Positions 55,367 through 59,459 of a DNA stretch of 59,459 nucleotides are shown piece by piece (position 1 is the first letter of the stretch; every line of letters starts with the position of its first letter). Below the pieces are notes generated by a model. The model made no database searches, was not told the origin of the DNA, and saw only the letters and a program-made list of their open reading frames with translations. This stretch comes from Candidatus Micrarchaeota archaeon (GTDB lineage: Archaea; Micrarchaeota; Micrarchaeia; Anstonellales; SKW190). The stretch spans positions 4,009 to 63,467 of the forward strand of contig JAOAJI010000001.1 in the NCBI GenBank assembly GCA_026414265.1. Direction: 5' to 3'. A program made the translations under genes and the position numbers.

Positions 55367-57310
55367 ATGCACGTAAACGTAAAACTGCCTGATGGAAAAC
55401 TAATCAAAGTAGAAAAAGGAATAAGAATAATCGATTTGGCCAAACAGATCAGTAATAAACTTGCTTATGAAGGCATAGTTGCAAGGATGAACAATAAACT
55501 AGTTGATATGAGCACTATGATAACAGAAGACTCTGAACTAGAGATATTGTTGCCTGATAGCAAAGAAGGATTAGAAACTATTAGGCACTCCTGCTCACAT
55601 GTTATGGCTCAAGCTATACTCAGGCTATACCCTGATGCACAGCTAACAATAGGTCCTGTAGTAGAAGATGGCTTCTATTACGATATTTATCTGACACATA
55701 ACTTTACTCCAGAAGATTTGAAGAAAATCGAACAGGAAATGGAAAACATAATCAAAGAAGACCAACCTTTTGAAAGAGTAGAACTAGCAATAGACGACGT
55801 AATTAATCTTTATTTGGACAACCAATTCAAACAAGAAATAATCGAAGAACTAAGAAAAGATGGCCACAAAATGATATCTGTTTATTATAACAGAAAAACT
55901 AACAAATCACCAACTAACGCAAAAGAATTCTATGACATGTGCACAGGACCACACGTACCATCAACAGGCAGAATCAAGGCTTTTAAATTGATGAAAGTAG
56001 CAGCTGCCTACTGGAGAGGTGATGCAAAAAACCAACAACTCCAAAGGATTTATGGAACCGCTTTTGCTTCAAAAAAAGATCTCGAAGACTACGTCAAAAG
56101 GATAGAAGAGGCAGAGAAAAGGGACCATAGAAAGCTTGGCAAAGAACTCAACCTCATAATGATGCATGAATTCGCTCCTGGTATGATATTCTTCCTGCCA
56201 AAAGGGTTCATAATAAGACAAGAACTTGAAAATTTCATAAGAGAAGAACAGAAGAAAAGGAATTACCAAGAAGTAAGAACCCCAATAATATTGAACGAAA
56301 AGCTCTGGCACATTTCTGGGCACATACAGCACTACAAGGAAAACATGTACTTCACTAATATAGACGAGCAGTCTTATGCAATAAAACCAATGAACTGCCC
56401 AGGGCATATGCTCATATTCAAGAACCAAGCAAGGTCCTACAGGGAACTCCCTCTGAGAATTTCTGAAATGGGATTGGTGCATAGGCACGAGCTCTCTGGA
56501 GTTCTAACAGGAATGGTGAGAGTAAGGTCATTTGTACAAGATGACTCACACATCTTCATAGCTAAAGAGCAAATTGAAGAAGAAGTCTTGAACGTGATCA
56601 ATTTAGTAAAAACTGTTTTGGAAGTGTTCAACTTCGAGTACCACGCAGAATTATCCACGAGACCTGAAAAATTCATGGGTGATTTAGAAACTTGGAATTA
56701 TGCTGAACAAGCTTTGAAAAATAGCTTGGAAAAAGCACAGCTCAAATACACTATAAACGAAGGTGATGGAGCATTTTACGGACCTAAAATAGACTTCAAA
56801 GTCAAAGATGCAATAGGAAGGGTTTGGCAACTCTCTACAATACAACTCGATTTCCAGATGCCAAAGAAGTTCGAGCTCAATTACGAAGGCAAAGACGGAA
56901 AACAGCATACACCTATAGTCATACACAGAGCAGTTTTCGGGTCGTTTGAAAGGTTCATAGGTATTTTGATAGAACATTACTCTGGGAAATTTCCTGTATG
57001 GTTAAGCCCTGTGCAAATAGCCCTACTGCCTATATCAGATGAATACTTGGATTATGCAAAAGAACTGGAAAAAAAGTTCAAAGACAAGGGATTCAGAGTT
57101 GTTCTAAACGACAAACAAGAGACCATAAACGCTAAGATTAGAGATGCTCAACTAGAAAAAATACCTTACATGTTGGTCATAGGCAAAAAGGAGAAAGAAA
57201 CACACAGATTGACTGTTAGAGAAAGAAACGGAAAACAATACGAACTCGAAGAAGAAGAGTTCGTGAACAAAATAGAACTGATGATTAAACAAAAAAAGAA
57301 CATAGAATGA
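55367..57310 (+). CDS. thrS: Threonyl-tRNA synthetase
   Basis: TGS domain start (MHVNVKLPDG), editing-domain RHSCSHVMA, class II motifs (MNCPGH, FVQDDSHIF, GPKIDF), and the anticodon-binding domain. Confidence 0.95.
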   Translation: MHVNVKLPDGKLIKVEKGIRIIDLAKQISNKLAYEGIVARMNNKLVDMSTMITEDSELEILLPDSKEGLETIRHSCSHVMAQAILRLYPDAQLTIGPVVEDGFYYDIYLTHNFTPEDLKKIEQEMENIIKEDQPFERVELAIDDVINLYLDNQFKQEIIEELRKDGHKMISVYYNRKTNKSPTNAKEFYDMCTGPHVPSTGRIKAFKLMKVAAAYWRGDAKNQQLQRIYGTAFASKKDLEDYVKRIEEAEKRDHRKLGKELNLIMMHEFAPGMIFFLPKGFIIRQELENFIREEQKKRNYQEVRTPIILNEKLWHISGHIQHYKENMYFTNIDEQSYAIKPMNCPGHMLIFKNQARSYRELPLRISEMGLVHRHELSGVLTGMVRVRSFVQDDSHIFIAKEQIEEEVLNVINLVKTVLEVFNFEYHAELSTRPEKFMGDLETWNYAEQALKNSLEKAQLKYTINEGDGAFYGPKIDFKVKDAIGRVWQLSTIQLDFQMPKKFELNYEGKDGKQHTPIVIHRAVFGSFERFIGILIEHYSGKFPVWLSPVQIALLPISDEYLDYAKELEKKFKDKGFRVVLNDKQETINAKIRDAQLEKIPYMLVIGKKEKETHRLTVRERNGKQYELEEEEFVNKIELMIKQKKNIE

Positions 57311-57828
57311 TAACAATATCGGCCTTCTTTAGAATCATGTATTCATGCTTTGAAGTCTTGCTGATATGATGTTCTGTTTATTGGCTAGTTTATGTTCTAC
57401 TAATTGTTCATAATTTTGCGATTGAACTTCTTTAAGTCTTTTTCACAACCTCACGCTAAGGTAAATTTATTTTCTCTGTCATTATGCTTAGAAAATAGAA
57501 CATAATCGTGCCTTTAGTTAAAAAAGTTCATGAATGATTTCATGATCAACATCCAAAGACGTTTATTGATGAGCACCTTTAATGAAGACATAGTCATTGA
57601 CATAATAGTCACTTTTCAAACATATCTTTCTTAGGAAAGTTTTGAAGCAAAAGCATAGTAGACACAAGTATACATGTTCATAATACATAATATTATCACT
57701 AGCATCACATGAATATCTGCGAATACACTTGCATAGTTAGTAAAAAACTTAAAAATTTAGCTTTGGTATTGTGGTATTTGTTATACAAATACGATATTTT
57801 TTTAAAACTTTTCCTGCTCTATAAGGAT

Positions 57829-58401
57829 ATGGAATCAAATGAGCTTGAACAAAAAATAGAAATGATGCTTAGTAGAATAAATGAACTGTACGATGAAGTT
57901 GTTAATCTAAATGTATATAAAAGAAACTCCTATGACGAATTCGTTAAAATTTGTGCTGACTTGTTATACTACATTAATAAATACAAAGATACTAGTAGTA
58001 TCATTTGGAACTCGAATCATGGCCATCTAGGATTGTTCATAAAAATAATGGAATTAGAATATGCCTTCTTTGTTAAATATCACAGAACGAATGCCTTACC
58101 TTGGTTCCTCGTAGCAGAATTCAGGCCTAAAATAAGAGACGTTGCAGAGGACATACTCATGTCTTACAAAGAAGAATACTGCCCAATACCTGGATTACAC
58201 GAATGGTGCAGACAATTACTTAAATACCTCAATAGAGTAATGACCAATGTTAACGCATTAGAATACGTTGACAAAGATTATGGAATTAAATTAGCAGAAA
58301 GCTTGAGATCCAGTTTAGAAAAAAATACGCGCTTTAAACAAGCCAATAATGATCGTCTTCATAAAAATAACTTAGATAAAAAAAACATACTCAGAAACTA
58401 A
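57829..58401 (+). CDS. Hypothetical helical protein
   Basis: The ORF is open from 57709; the ATG at 57829 (MESNELEQ) is the more plausible start. No motif recognised. This is the closest plus-strand gene to the CRISPR array. Confidence 0.45.
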   Translation: MESNELEQKIEMMLSRINELYDEVVNLNVYKRNSYDEFVKICADLLYYINKYKDTSSIIWNSNHGHLGLFIKIMELEYAFFVKYHRTNALPWFLVAEFRPKIRDVAEDILMSYKEEYCPIPGLHEWCRQLLKYLNRVMTNVNALEYVDKDYGIKLAESLRSSLEKNTRFKQANNDRLHKNNLDKKNILRN

Positions 58402-58421
58402 ATGCGTTATTCAACTAGTTC

Positions 58422-58952
58422 TTAAGATTTGCTGCTGATCTTAGACCTTGTTGATCTCATAACATGATAGTAGTACTCAATAACCGATTCGTAACCTGCT
58501 CTGTAATAATAGAAATAGAGAATTCGGATTATGTAATTATAAACAACAAATAAAATGAGAACATCCAAACCATAAACTAAAGAATAAGCAGGCAAAGCAG
58601 AAAAAATCGCTGTTAACATTCCAGTGAACACCGAAAAAAACGTAGTCCTGAAAGTATATTTGTCCTCGATAATACTTGGCTTGAAACTCTTAGGTAAATC
58701 ACCAACCCTGCTTTTAACTAAGAAATAACACTCCTTAACAGCATTGTTGAATAAGAACATACCAAAGATTCCTGTTATCAATGCCAGTAAAAATACCAGG
58801 CCGTTAGCATCTGCAAAATTGCCTTGGGCAATGCTAGGAAAAAGAACATACTTAACTATAACAAATATAAGAATAGTAACTATCATCGACGTCGTGATAA
58901 AATTATCCTGCTTTTTGTAAGTCTGCTTGGCGTGTTCGTAAAGCTCTTTCAT
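58422..58952 (-). CDS. Hypothetical membrane protein (4 TM)
   Basis: Hydrophobic helices. The ATG at 58952 is preferred over the upstream GTG. Confidence 0.5.
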   Translation of the reverse strand: MKELYEHAKQTYKKQDNFITTSMIVTILIFVIVKYVLFPSIAQGNFADANGLVFLLALITGIFGMFLFNNAVKECYFLVKSRVGDLPKSFKPSIIEDKYTFRTTFFSVFTGMLTAIFSALPAYSLVYGLDVLILFVVYNYIIRILYFYYYRAGYESVIEYYYHVMRSTRSKISSKS

Positions 58953-58985
58953 ACTTACAGGCGCTGCCACTGTCACTGCCACCAC

Positions 58986-59108
58986 ACTTCAAAACACACC
59001 AATTTCCACTTCCTTTCAGCATAAAAAACCAAAACTACCGCCACTAATCCGAAGCGCCCCATCTACTTCCTCATATCTTAAACTAATTCAACCACCAACA
59101 TTCAACAA
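58986..59108. other. A/C-rich, G-poor flank of the CRISPR array (leader or trailer)
   Basis: By hand count, only about 5 G in roughly 123 nt. This is a sharp compositional change from the neighbouring sequence. Confidence 0.5.
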
Positions 59109-59459
59109 CTTCAAGTCGTCTTTACATTGACAGGTCATGTTCTACTGAAAGAGTCTCAGTGGAAGGTCCTCACTGGTACAATAAGTGAGTCGCAGTCGTC
59201 TTTACATTGACAGGTCATGTTCTACGACCGGGCCGTAGCGTGCTCCATATAACCCAGTTTGTAGAAGTCGCAGTCGTCTTTACATTGACAGGTCATGTTC
59301 TACAACCTGTAATGCAAATTACAACTGCGACTTATGAGTGTCGCAGTCGTCTTTACATTGACAGGTCATGTTCTACTGGTGTTAGAGAGTTGAAGAGGGT
59401 GTTTTTTAACACAAAGTCGCAGTCGTCTTTACATTGACAGGTCATGTTCTACTTTGAAA
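59109..59459. CRISPR. CRISPR array with five 37-nt repeats (GTCGCAGTCGTCTTTACATTGACAGGTCATGTTCTAC), continuing past the window end
   Basis: Repeats at 59109-59145 (first 5 nt divergent), 59189-59225, 59267-59303, 59340-59376 and 59416-59452. Unique spacers of 43, 41, 36 and 39 nt. Confidence 0.95.

Noticed and set aside
59207-59437. 76-aa plus-strand ORF
   Set aside because: It reads straight through CRISPR repeats and spacers, with a repeated FTLTGHVL peptide from each repeat. It is an artefact.
1-59459. Diversity-generating retroelement, group II intron, retron, or an intact IS element
   Set aside because: No ORF in any frame shows reverse-transcriptase (YxDD) or DDE/transposase-like motifs that I could recognise. 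The only recombinase is the decayed integrase at 14515-14982.

Overview
This is a visibly AT-rich, densely packed archaeal chromosome segment. Archaeal markers include a thermosome, MCM, RNA polymerase subunit K, ribosomal proteins L15e and L40e, RNase P proteins Pop5 and Rpp30, a presenilin-type protease, a FlaI/PilB-type ATPase and intron-containing tRNAs. The small-genome style, ankyrin proteins and a tRNA-Ile with a UAU anticodon suggest a DPANN/Nanoarchaeota-like lineage; that placement is inference only. Most of the window is housekeeping: aspartate kinase, a ZnuABC-type metal transporter, MutS/MutL, PyrK/PyrC, ThrRS, YggS, ScpA and an isoprenoid gene cluster. The best candidate for an undescribed system is a tightly coupled five-gene minus-strand cassette at 16855-26611. 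It encodes a helical 419-aa protein, a 959-aa tandem AAA_5/MoxR-like ATPase, a 1293-aa protein (HExxH motif, acidic linker, C-terminal MIDAS/vWA domain) and two ankyrin-repeat proteins. Other notable items: a 37-nt-repeat CRISPR array runs off the right edge with no recognisable cas gene in the preceding 59 kb. A roughly 690-aa membrane/coiled-coil gene is broken by two homopolymer frameshifts and has an intact paralog 4.5 kb away. A wHTH gene is bracketed by a GC-rich 12-13 bp perfect inverted repeat and preceded by an 11-bp-phased repeat array. There is also a decayed integrase beside a truncated UvrD fragment. All functional calls rest on motifs read by eye from the translations; no database search was run.
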